Virus record (IMG/VR): IMGVR_UViG_2778261505_000002
Direction: 5' to 3' (one strand)
Source of the DNA: a virus
Taxonomy: Duplodnaviria > Heunggongvirae > Uroviricota > Caudoviricetes
DNA: 64,000 bases
A program made the position numbers and the translations under genes. The notes beneath the pieces are model-generated. The model did no database searches. It was not told the origin of the DNA and saw only the letters and a program-made list of their open reading frames with translations. Positions 8,926-17,464 of the stretch are shown piece after piece (position 1 is the first letter of the stretch; each line of letters opens with the position of its first letter).

Positions 8926-9234
8926 TTATTGAACAGACTCTACAGCCTTACGATTGGTGTCAAATAGCGCATCAACGAACTGTGCCGATGACTCGCTAGA
9001 TTCGCAATCCAACATTGCCCGTTCTTCATTTGCCACTTTCTTACACAGTTCCACATTCTCGCCTATCGCTTTTCCTGCTTTTACGGCTGCCGAAAATTGA
9101 TACATGCAAACTGATACATTCTGAGACGTTGAGCACACGTCATTCATCAGCGACTGAATGACAGGCTTATAGTCCATTGCATTTGCTGCAACTGAGCAAA
9201 GTAAAAATAATGGTGGTAACAATATCGATTTCAT
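8926..9234 (-). CDS. small secreted protein with N-terminal signal peptide (102 aa)
   Basis: N-terminus MKSILLPPLFLLCSVAANA is a typical cleavable signal peptide. Confidence 0.5.
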   Translation of the reverse strand: MKSILLPPLFLLCSVAANAMDYKPVIQSLMNDVCSTSQNVSVCMYQFSAAVKAGKAIGENVELCKKVANEERAMLDCESSESSAQFVDALFDTNRKAVESVQ

Positions 9235-9237
9235 AAC

Positions 9238-9762
9238 TCAAAAAGGCAAAATTCGTTCAACCCAATCGAACAAAACAACTATTTTTCTACCGTTCTCGAC
9301 ACGTAGTGTAACCTGACAAGCATCTGCACCTGCTGACACCCCCTCAATTTCACGGCCATCCGCCATGTACACCCTTATAGATTTGTTTGCTTTGTAGGCT
9401 TGGTTGCAAATTGCAAAAAAATCGCGGCGTGATGGCCGATTATCGACATAATCAGGGTGAACTGTTAGTCGACCTTTGAAATCGTGAGCGATACTGTCAA
9501 CCACACCTGATTCAATTGTACTAATGCGTTCAAGTGGGAGCCTTATACGATTTTCTTTGTCAAAAGGGGCTGGGCAAAGGTCAACTTTGTTACGAGATGG
9601 CATGAGGCCATAAACGTACATGCAAAACGCCTGGCCATCTTCGAGAGTGACCCTTACAGGAATTTGTTCTCTGCGCCAGAACATCAGTAGTTTTTCAACG
9701 TTAGTGTAATCTCGCGGCCAGAGTTCAGCTTGGATACCGTAGGTAATATCTTTGGTTGTCAT
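9238..9762 (-). CDS. hypothetical protein (about 175 aa)
   Basis: Track ORF 9238-9840 trimmed to the ATG just downstream of the lipoprotein stop. Confidence 0.45.
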   Translation of the reverse strand: MTTKDITYGIQAELWPRDYTNVEKLLMFWRREQIPVRVTLEDGQAFCMYVYGLMPSRNKVDLCPAPFDKENRIRLPLERISTIESGVVDSIAHDFKGRLTVHPDYVDNRPSRRDFFAICNQAYKANKSIRVYMADGREIEGVSAGADACQVTLRVENGRKIVVLFDWVERILPF

Positions 9763-9766
9763 GTCA

Positions 9767-10189
9767 TCACAGAGTTGTTGGCAGAATGTCGATGTCACCA
9801 GAATTGCTGGTGAACACCCTGAACGCTTTTGTGTCTCCATTCTTCAGAGTCGTTTCTCGCTCTTGACGAGCGGGGTTTAGAGCACATAAACCTGCACCTT
9901 CAAGAGATGCACCCACAATTAATTCTCCGGCATTTAAATGGAAAGTCGCTTTTTCGCCTGTAGCCAGTTTTGCGACAGTTTCGCCGTTGATGAAAATGGA
10001 AGCATCACATCCAGCTCCTACAAAACCTGTGTCTCTCATTACCACCAACGTAGCTGGCGCTGCGCTTTGATACTTGAACACTTTGGCCTGCGGTGCTGGT
10101 TTGGCGTCATGGATTGATATTGGGCGTGATTGGCACGCGGTAAGCATCAACACTGGTAACGTTAGTAGAGGGAGAAGCGAGTATTTCAT
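9767..10189 (-). CDS. lipoprotein (candidate superinfection-exclusion factor)
   Basis: MKYSLLPLLTLPVLMLTAC signal with lipobox LTAC; function is inference. Confidence 0.5.
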   Translation of the reverse strand: MKYSLLPLLTLPVLMLTACQSRPISIHDAKPAPQAKVFKYQSAAPATLVVMRDTGFVGAGCDASIFINGETVAKLATGEKATFHLNAGELIVGASLEGAGLCALNPARQERETTLKNGDTKAFRVFTSNSGDIDILPTTL

Positions 10190-10257
10190 GATAGTTTTAG
10201 AACAGAAAGTGAACAGTATGGGAGACTTCATCTTTGTCTCCCTAATTGATAGCGTGA

Positions 10258-10536
10258 TTATTTTAATCTGCTTAATAGCGTTTCGAGATCTTCCTTTGTC
10301 ATATTAGAGTTCTCATAGATACGCATGATTTTCTCACGAGTCTTAGCGGAAGCCCCGACAGAAGATATAACCTTGTCAAAGTCGGCCATTGTCAATTGTT
10401 CCAGAATGGTATTTATGACTTCAGCCTTAGACATTTTGATATTTTTTTCTTTTAGTTTCACTTGAAACTTTCCAAGTTTGTCATTGGCCTTATCAGACAA
10501 TGCTACCTGACAGTAAGTTGTTTTCTTTTCACTCAT
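10258..10536 (-). CDS. small DNA-binding protein, ribbon-helix-helix-like (92 aa)
   Basis: beta-strand/helix pattern FQVKLKE...SKAEVINTILEQL compatible with an RHH fold. Confidence 0.4.
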   Translation of the reverse strand: MSEKKTTYCQVALSDKANDKLGKFQVKLKEKNIKMSKAEVINTILEQLTMADFDKVISSVGASAKTREKIMRIYENSNMTKEDLETLLSRLK

Positions 10537-10538
10537 AA

Positions 10539-12098
10539 CTAATCTCGTTTCAGAACTCCAAAATCGAATGCTCCATCAATAGGCAATACACCTTCTGCAA
10601 AGCCAGGTGTGGTGTCGATGATGTGTTTTCGCTCATAAGAGTGAGACAACAGGTATTTGTTGCTAATGTCAATGAAATCAGTGATAAAACACACGTTTGC
10701 CTGATTTTTTTTGGCTCGTAAGCCACGACCGACACGCTGTCTCATTTCAACTTCTGCTTTCCCACCACCAGCAAGAATGACCGCACCAACGCTTGGCACA
10801 TCAACACCAACATCCAGAATAGTCGAGCCTATTAAAACATCTATTTCACCAGACGCTAAACTATTCAGCTTTGCTTGCCTTGTCGTCTGGTTAGATTCCC
10901 CATAGATGAAATCAACTTTAAGACCTGACTCCTTCATCATCTCCATCAGGATTTGCCCGTGGCGTTTAAGACGAACCAGAGTCATGCAGTTGAGTGAATG
11001 TTGCTTATAAAGCAATGCCTCGCGCACTATGGCCTCGTTACGTCCCAAATTATACACGATCCCCAACTGATAAGCCTTTTGGTAGGCGGTGCTCATACCA
11101 ACTCTAAAATTGAGGTGTTTGTTGGCAAGTTCGGCCTTGATTCTGGCCTCGTCTGGCTTGTAGGCAACTTTATGATAAAGGAAGTACGGCTTTGCCAGAA
11201 TGCCTCGATCAATCAGGTACTTTTCTGTGACTTTAATTTCAATTCGCCCGGCCACCGCCATCAGGCGCATGTTGGCTTCCGTCGAATCCTTCATGAACGG
11301 CGTGGCTGTAAGCGCCAGACGATAGTCTGCGTTCACACATAATCTGGCAATGTCATAGAAATTAGAGCCTGAAGACTCATGCGCTTCTTCCAGAATAAGC
11401 AGAGACACACTTGAAAGGAAGCGTTTCACCAACTCCCGACGTTTGAGGTGGTAGCTCTTTTTATCTGGTGTTGCATCGCGTGGTGGTTCTTCAAGGAAAC
11501 TTGCCAGAGTTTGAACTGTAGCGACGTTGATATGTCGTGATACCTGGAACTCACCCGAGCCAATGACTCCAACCTTTTGGCCCTTTAACCACGGTTCGCC
11601 ATTTTCGGCGCGGTAGTCGATGGATCTCTGGAAGTTTTCGGCCATTTGAAACATCAGAACGGAGCGGGTTGTTAAAAATAATGTCATTCGACCGATACGT
11701 GCAGCTGCTTTGCAGGCAACGTTAGATTTCCCGCCACCAGTAGCGATCTGCGCAATCATCATTCCCTCTCGAACCAGTGTTTCCACAGTCTGATCCTGAT
11801 ACGCATAATCAGGATTGTATGGGAATGGGTTAACCGCAGGATTTGGTTTACCAAGCGCCGGGGCTTTGTCTTTGCGGATATGAACACATTTGATGCCCGC
11901 CTTGTTCAAGTTCGCCGCTACAGGCTTGGCAAAGCCAGCAGGGAACGAGTTTTTACTCCAGTTGAACATCGTGCTTGTGCCCTTCCAGTCGCCAGTCTCG
12001 ACTTCGTAGCTCAACATTTGCTGCACCAGTTGCTTTACCTTGTCATCTGCGCCAGAAATAAGCGCATTTACTGCGTTAGATACAATCCGAACAGTCAT
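10539..12098 (-). CDS. superfamily 2 helicase (DEAD/DEAH-like)
   Basis: Motif I ATGGGKS, motif II LEEAHE, motif III TATP, motif VI QRVGRGLR. Confidence 0.8.
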   Translation of the reverse strand: MTVRIVSNAVNALISGADDKVKQLVQQMLSYEVETGDWKGTSTMFNWSKNSFPAGFAKPVAANLNKAGIKCVHIRKDKAPALGKPNPAVNPFPYNPDYAYQDQTVETLVREGMMIAQIATGGGKSNVACKAAARIGRMTLFLTTRSVLMFQMAENFQRSIDYRAENGEPWLKGQKVGVIGSGEFQVSRHINVATVQTLASFLEEPPRDATPDKKSYHLKRRELVKRFLSSVSLLILEEAHESSGSNFYDIARLCVNADYRLALTATPFMKDSTEANMRLMAVAGRIEIKVTEKYLIDRGILAKPYFLYHKVAYKPDEARIKAELANKHLNFRVGMSTAYQKAYQLGIVYNLGRNEAIVREALLYKQHSLNCMTLVRLKRHGQILMEMMKESGLKVDFIYGESNQTTRQAKLNSLASGEIDVLIGSTILDVGVDVPSVGAVILAGGGKAEVEMRQRVGRGLRAKKNQANVCFITDFIDISNKYLLSHSYERKHIIDTTPGFAEGVLPIDGAFDFGVLKRD

Positions 12099-12162
12099 AA
12101 ACCTCTTTCCTTAGTGCCTTTTGTATGTTATTTGGCTATTATAATAAGTAAGTGATTACTTA

Positions 12163-12861
12163 GTGGATTGTAGCAATAAAATGGATGTAAAAATCACGAT
12201 TTTGCAGGTTGATGTTGCCAACCTTCGCCCGAATACCTGGAACACCAATTCGGTTGGTGCGCAGAATTTTGAAAAACTGAAAGGTTCTATCGAAAAATTG
12301 GGCTTTTTTAAGCCAATTTTGGCTCGTGAACTTGAAGATGGATTTTTTGAAATCCTCGGCGGCGAACATCGCTGGCGTGCTGCTATTGAGCAAGGAATTT
12401 CAACGGTTCCGGTGCTTTCTGTGGGCAAAATTAGCGATGTCGTAGCTAAACAGATGTCACTGGTGGACAACGAGCGATACGGTGAAGACGACCAAATCGC
12501 ATTGCAACGCTTCATTGAAGAAATTCAGTCAGAACTTGACTATCAACTGTCTGAAATCGCTCCGTATGACGACGAAATCTCGATGGTTTTAGCAAAAGAG
12601 GCGGCAATCGACCTTGAAGCACTGGAGGCGTTGTCTCGTGGTAGTGATGAGCCTGTCGATACCGACAAACGAGAGAAAACCGAACGTGTGGGTGCGGAAC
12701 ATCAGACCATGCGCTTCAAAGTAACTTTCGATGCGTCAGATCGTGTTGCAGAAACCATAAAAAACATCATCAAAGAGCAGGCTATTAACACCGGTAATGA
12801 AATGGAGAACGCTGGTGAGGCTCTGGTGTGGCTGGTCGACTACTACAAGGAGCGTATGTAA
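12163..12861 (+). CDS. ParB N-terminal-domain (ParB/Srx-fold) protein
   Basis: GGEHRWRAA resembles the ParB arginine-rich box; start could be 12181. Confidence 0.6.
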   Translation: MDCSNKMDVKITILQVDVANLRPNTWNTNSVGAQNFEKLKGSIEKLGFFKPILARELEDGFFEILGGEHRWRAAIEQGISTVPVLSVGKISDVVAKQMSLVDNERYGEDDQIALQRFIEEIQSELDYQLSEIAPYDDEISMVLAKEAAIDLEALEALSRGSDEPVDTDKREKTERVGAEHQTMRFKVTFDASDRVAETIKNIIKEQAINTGNEMENAGEALVWLVDYYKERM

Positions 12862-13529
12862 TGACCAAAAAGTTTGAAATCGTATATCGCGACCCGGCAG
12901 ATCTTATTCCCTATGAGATGAATGCCAAAAAGCATGATGAACAGCAGATCAGAGATCTGGCCGCAGCCATTAAAAAGCGCGGATTTGACCAGCCAATTAC
13001 GGTCGATAAGAACGACGTAATTATTACTGGCCACGGCCGCCGTGAGGCTGCAATTTTTGCTGGACTTGAGCGCGTACCGGTTATTGTTCGTGATGATCTG
13101 AGTGATGACGAGGTACGTGCAAAGCGCCTTGAAGATAACCGACTTGCCAGCATTGATTACGATGCAATTAAGCTACAGAAAGAGCTTGAGTCGCTTGTTC
13201 TGGACGATATCGAGGTTTTCGGCTTCGAAGAGCGTGAGTTGAATGTTCTCGTTGGCAGTATGACAGAAGAAATGGACACCGACTCGCTAGTTATCGATCT
13301 TGGCGAAGAAACTAAACGACAGAAGGATGAACACACCGAGATCAGTCGTGAAGTTGCAGCGGAAGAAGTACGTGTTGTCGACGTATTGGGCTTTAAAACG
13401 CTCCCTGCTGGCTCTGCCATTGTTGTTGGTGATTTGCTTGCCCACATGGAAGAAATGACGGGAGAAAGCGGGGTAGACGCATTTGTGGCATATGCGGAGA
13501 AGATCTCTTCCGGGGAGATGGCTGCATGA
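12861..13529 (+). CDS. second ParB N-terminal-domain protein
   Basis: GHGRREAA motif; ATG overlaps the upstream stop (TAATG). Confidence 0.6.
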   Translation: MTKKFEIVYRDPADLIPYEMNAKKHDEQQIRDLAAAIKKRGFDQPITVDKNDVIITGHGRREAAIFAGLERVPVIVRDDLSDDEVRAKRLEDNRLASIDYDAIKLQKELESLVLDDIEVFGFEERELNVLVGSMTEEMDTDSLVIDLGEETKRQKDEHTEISREVAAEEVRVVDVLGFKTLPAGSAIVVGDLLAHMEEMTGESGVDAFVAYAEKISSGEMAA

Positions 13530-14191
13530 GCAAATACATCATCAACGTATCGTTTCAGACACGCGTAAATAAAACCACGCGCACGTTGGAAATCGCTGAG
13601 TCGTTCGGGCTTGGCCTGGACGAAAAAGAGTGGACGCTTTACGACAATCTGGAGCTGGAAGTGAAGCAGGGCGATGTGGTGTACATCACCGGCCAATCCG
13701 GTTCCGGCAAATCCGTTGTGCTGCGCGAGTTGCAACGACAGATGAAGGATGAAGGGCTGTCTGTAGCCTCCATCGATGATTTTACCTTCGATAATGAGGT
13801 TAACGTCATCGATCAGTTGGGCAAAACGACCAGTGATGCGCTTGGGTTGTTATCTATGGCTGGTCTGAACGATGCATATCTGTTTGTTCGCAAGCCTTCT
13901 GAAATGTCAGACGGCCAGAAATATCGTCTCAAGATTGCCAAACTGATTGAGTCAGGCGCTAAAGTATGGGCTGCTGACGAGTTCGGCGCTGTTCTAGACC
14001 GTGTAACTGCTCAGGTTGTGGCGTCTAACCTCCAGCGTGCCGCTCGAAAGGTTGGTGCGACGGTAATGGTGGCGACGACTCACGAAGACCTGAAGAACGC
14101 GCTGCGCCCGGATATGCAGATCACCAAGCACTACAAAGAACGCGTGAAGGTGGAATATCACAATGGTAGTCATGATGAGGTCCATTCATGA
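13526..14191 (+). CDS. small ABC-type ATPase (nucleotide-binding-domain-like, 221 aa)
   Basis: Walker A GQSGSGKS, signature-like MSDGQ, Walker B VWAADEF, H-loop TTHE; ATGA overlap with upstream gene. Confidence 0.6.
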   Translation: MSKYIINVSFQTRVNKTTRTLEIAESFGLGLDEKEWTLYDNLELEVKQGDVVYITGQSGSGKSVVLRELQRQMKDEGLSVASIDDFTFDNEVNVIDQLGKTTSDALGLLSMAGLNDAYLFVRKPSEMSDGQKYRLKIAKLIESGAKVWAADEFGAVLDRVTAQVVASNLQRAARKVGATVMVATTHEDLKNALRPDMQITKHYKERVKVEYHNGSHDEVHS

Positions 14192-15078
14192 CGGACATCA
14201 TCATTAAACGCTACCGCCCTGAAGAGTTTCCGCGTCATCTGGACTTTCTGGAGCGAATGACTGTTACAAAAGGAACTGTAGAGGACTGGCACGCTCTTAA
14301 GTCGCTTCACTACAAAACAGACGGCAAACCTTTCGCGCCAACTTACTATCGCTGCGAACTTGATGACCGTCTGGTGGGCGTCGTGGTTATGGCTTACCCG
14401 AAACTACTGCTGGCACCTCGCCATCGCATGTTTCCTAAGTTGAAACCAACCACCAATACCACCGTGGCTAACCAGTACTGGGGCCGGTACGTGAATAACA
14501 ACTTTGCGGTGATCAGCCGCTCAGTCGTGGATACTCAGTACCGTGGCGTAGGCGTCTCTTATCGAATGATTAACCTGGTTAGCAGGATGCATGACCGGCC
14601 AATCATTGAGATCCAGTCATCGATGAGCAAATACAATCCCTTCGCCATGAAAGCAGGGTTTAAGTTCATCCGCCCTGAGCGACCGAAGAGCTATGAAAGT
14701 GCACTGCGTGTGTTCCAGCGCCATTTCCGCTCCGACCCGGGTGATAACGAGGCGATCGTCAAAGAGTTGTTCGCTATGAGCGAGTCTCGTCGTCGCCGTG
14801 CACTGCGTGATCTGGTGGCGGACTACCACAAGAACAGTTCCCTGGCAAAAGCTGGGCGGAATCGTGGCACGACGATTCAGGACATTGCCGACAGTCTGGT
14901 GGACGAGGCCAGCATTGTGAAGCTGCTCAAGGACATTCACAACCTGAGCTTTACGTCTCCGTTGTATGGTGTGTATCGAAACCCTGACTTTGGTCGTCGA
15001 CTGCCTGACACGCTGCCACTGCTGGCATTCGACAAACAACCTTTGGATAAACCGTTAGAAATTGCTTTACCGGCATAA
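14188..15078 (+). CDS. hypothetical protein with possible GNAT acetyltransferase-like core
   Basis: TQYRGVGVSYRMIN resembles GNAT motif A (R-x-x-G-x-G); weak. Confidence 0.4.
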   Translation: MTDIIIKRYRPEEFPRHLDFLERMTVTKGTVEDWHALKSLHYKTDGKPFAPTYYRCELDDRLVGVVVMAYPKLLLAPRHRMFPKLKPTTNTTVANQYWGRYVNNNFAVISRSVVDTQYRGVGVSYRMINLVSRMHDRPIIEIQSSMSKYNPFAMKAGFKFIRPERPKSYESALRVFQRHFRSDPGDNEAIVKELFAMSESRRRRALRDLVADYHKNSSLAKAGRNRGTTIQDIADSLVDEASIVKLLKDIHNLSFTSPLYGVYRNPDFGRRLPDTLPLLAFDKQPLDKPLEIALPA

Positions 15079-15087
15079 GGATTTGCC

Positions 15088-15354
15088 ATGACGTTAACCG
15101 ATAAACAAAAGGACATCATCAAAACGCTCAATCTCGGTTATGAGCGAGGTCATCTACTTGACCTGGACGAATTGCTTGAAGTTTTGCCGTACAAGACAAC
15201 CAAGCAAAGTATCCAGTTCTCAATTCGCGCTCTGATAAAAAAGGGGCTGGTGGAGAAAGGGCATACGCGCCAACGCAGTGACAATCGCTATCACCGCCGA
15301 ACTCTTGGGTTAACTACTTTAGGTCGAGCCAAAGCGAAGTTACTGGTGATGTAA
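15088..15354 (+). CDS. small winged-helix DNA-binding protein (88 aa)
   Basis: HTH-like segment TTKQSIQFSIRALIKKGLV; basic C-terminus. Confidence 0.4.
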   Translation: MTLTDKQKDIIKTLNLGYERGHLLDLDELLEVLPYKTTKQSIQFSIRALIKKGLVEKGHTRQRSDNRYHRRTLGLTTLGRAKAKLLVM

Positions 15355-15378
15355 TCGGTCTGGGAGCTTATTTAAAGA

Positions 15379-15433
15379 CCTGCTTCTGTATATATAAATA
15401 ATAAGTAACTTATTAAATATATACGGAAGCAGG
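15379..15433. repeat. 55 bp palindromic element, copy 1
   Basis: CCTGCTTCTGTATATATAAATAATAAGTAACTTATTAAATATATACGGAAGCAGG; near-identical copy at 47837-47891. Confidence 0.7.
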
Positions 15434-15468
15434 CTTCGTAAGACATGCCAGACCTAATTAAACACCCC

Positions 15469-15510
15469 AGAAAACAAGTTGGTTAGCAGATGCAGTAAAC
15501 AAGTTGTTTT
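15469..15510. promoter_or_regulatory. two tandem early-family dyads (AGAAAACAAGTTGGTT, GTAAACAAGTTGTTTT)
   Basis: Upstream of terminase small subunit gene. Confidence 0.45.
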
Positions 15511-15549
15511 AGAGCGCATGGACGCGCTCTGTGTGTTTTAGAGGGATCT

Positions 15550-16182
15550 ATGACGGTCGAAAAAGACGAGGTAAAAACTCGCCTGACACCAGCGGAGTGG
15601 GCCGAAGCTGAAGCCAAATGGACGTCAGGCGAATATACACTCTCAAAGCTGGAGGAAGAGTACGGCATTCGTCGTGAAACACTCTCCAGACATTTCAAAA
15701 AGCGAGGATTAGAGAAAGGCGCGGACTCTGTTGGGAAGATGGTTCGTGAGTCTCTTAAATCTGACGCAGAGCTTCGCGCTAAAGCCCGTGCGGAAAAGAT
15801 AGAAGAACGTCGTACACGTTATGACGGCTGGGCGTATGCGTTGGGGCAGATGGTGATGGTCGAAGTCACTACGGCCAAACGTGAGGGTAAGCCTTTAGGG
15901 GCGATTGAGGATTCTCTCAAGAGCTTACAGAGAGCCAGTAATACCCTTGCAAAATGCTTTGAAGTTTCGTCCAAAGCATTGGGCATGGATCATGCGGAAA
16001 ATGACGAGGAAGAAATTCCGAACCTGGTATTTGGTGAGCTTACGCCTTCCCAGGTGGCGAAATTACGTCAGGAAGACGACGAGCCTGAAATCATCGATGA
16101 CGAATTGCTTGAGACGTTGGAAGAAGAAGCTCTAAGCGAATTTGATGCGACAGATGATGGAAGTGAAGGGGAGGACGAATAA
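15550..16182 (+). CDS. terminase small subunit (putative)
   Basis: N-terminal HTH, acidic C-terminus, directly upstream of and overlapping TerL. Confidence 0.55.
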   Translation: MTVEKDEVKTRLTPAEWAEAEAKWTSGEYTLSKLEEEYGIRRETLSRHFKKRGLEKGADSVGKMVRESLKSDAELRAKARAEKIEERRTRYDGWAYALGQMVMVEVTTAKREGKPLGAIEDSLKSLQRASNTLAKCFEVSSKALGMDHAENDEEEIPNLVFGELTPSQVAKLRQEDDEPEIIDDELLETLEEEALSEFDATDDGSEGEDE

Positions 16183-17438
16183 TGGCAATCCCGTCCTCGC
16201 TCAGTCTTGTGCAACTGCATTCTGGACAGATGAAAGTCTTCCAGTCTCCGCATCGATTTAAAGTTGTTTGTGCTGGTCGACGCTGGGGAAAATCCCGGTT
16301 GTCGATCTCCACTATTATTCGTGCGGCGGCAAAGGAAAAAAAGCAAAGGGTCTGGTATGTCGCTCCTACTTACCAGATGGCTCGCCAGATTTTGTGGGAC
16401 GATCTACAGGAAGTTCTGCCTCGTAAGTGGGTTAGGAAAAAGAACGACACCACGATGACAATCGTGTTGAAGAACGGTTCGGAGATCGCCCTCAAAGGTG
16501 CTGATAAGCCTGACACTCTGCGCGGCGTAGCGTTGCATTTTGTAGTGCTTGATGAATTTCAGGATATGAAGGCTGACACCTGGTACAAGGTGTTACGACC
16601 TACTCTTTCATCGACACGCGGCGGTGCACTGATCATTGGTACGCCAAAAGGCTTCTCGGAATTTCACAAACTGTGGACTATAGGCCAGAACGTAGAGCTG
16701 CAAAGAAAGGGACAGTGGAAGAGCTGGCAGTTTGTAACTGCCGATTCTCCGTTTGTACCTACGGCGGAAATTGAAGCTGCTAAGAACGATATGGACCCCA
16801 AATCGTTCGCTCAGGAGTACCTGGCCAGCTTTGAGAACATGTCCGGGCGCGTTTACTACCCGTTCGATCGTAACGTGCATGTAAAACCGCTTCAGTTCAA
16901 CCCTCGGTTGCCTATATGGGTAGGGCAGGACTTCAACATTGACCCGATGTCTTCAGTAATTTTGCAACCTCAGCCAAATGGTGAGCTATGGGCAATTGAT
17001 GAATTGGTGCTCTTTTCCTCTAACACGGCAGAAGTTTGTGATGAGCTTGAGAGACGCTTCTGGCGCTGGAAATCACAGGTAACGGTATTTCCAGATCCGG
17101 CAGGTGCTTATCGCCAACATGCTCGTGGGGAGTCTGACGTAGACATATTCAAAGAGAAGGGATTCTTACGTGTCGATTATTCGAAAAAGCACCCGCCAAT
17201 TGCGGATCGTGTTAATGCTGTTAACCGAATGCTGATGTCCGCATCTGGAGATATCCGGCTGTATATCGATCCGAAGTGCAAGCATTTGATTGATTCACTG
17301 GAAAAAGTCATCTACAAGCCTGGAACACGAGATATGGATAAGACAGGTGGCATTGAGCATAGTGCAGACGCATTGGGCTATCCAGTACATCGTAGGTATC
17401 CAGTCAAAAACCGTGTTATTCTTGGTGGTTCTCGATAG
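16182..17438 (+). CDS. terminase large subunit
   Basis: Walker A-like CAGRRWGKS, Walker B VVLDEF, C-terminal nuclease-like region. Confidence 0.8.
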   Translation: MAIPSSLSLVQLHSGQMKVFQSPHRFKVVCAGRRWGKSRLSISTIIRAAAKEKKQRVWYVAPTYQMARQILWDDLQEVLPRKWVRKKNDTTMTIVLKNGSEIALKGADKPDTLRGVALHFVVLDEFQDMKADTWYKVLRPTLSSTRGGALIIGTPKGFSEFHKLWTIGQNVELQRKGQWKSWQFVTADSPFVPTAEIEAAKNDMDPKSFAQEYLASFENMSGRVYYPFDRNVHVKPLQFNPRLPIWVGQDFNIDPMSSVILQPQPNGELWAIDELVLFSSNTAEVCDELERRFWRWKSQVTVFPDPAGAYRQHARGESDVDIFKEKGFLRVDYSKKHPPIADRVNAVNRMLMSASGDIRLYIDPKCKHLIDSLEKVIYKPGTRDMDKTGGIEHSADALGYPVHRRYPVKNRVILGGSR

Positions 17439-17464
17439 GTAAGTAATTATCTAAGGTTATTCAA

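Noticed and set aside
14617-15039. Minus-strand ORF 14617-15039
   Set aside because: Fully antisense to the coupled 14188-15078 gene with no RBS; the plus-strand gene is supported by translational coupling.
15379-15433. Possible LexA (SOS) box in the 55 bp palindrome (CTGTATATATAAATAA)
   Set aside because: Only the CTGT half plus AT-rich spacer is present; the ACAG half at the required spacing is missing in both copies.
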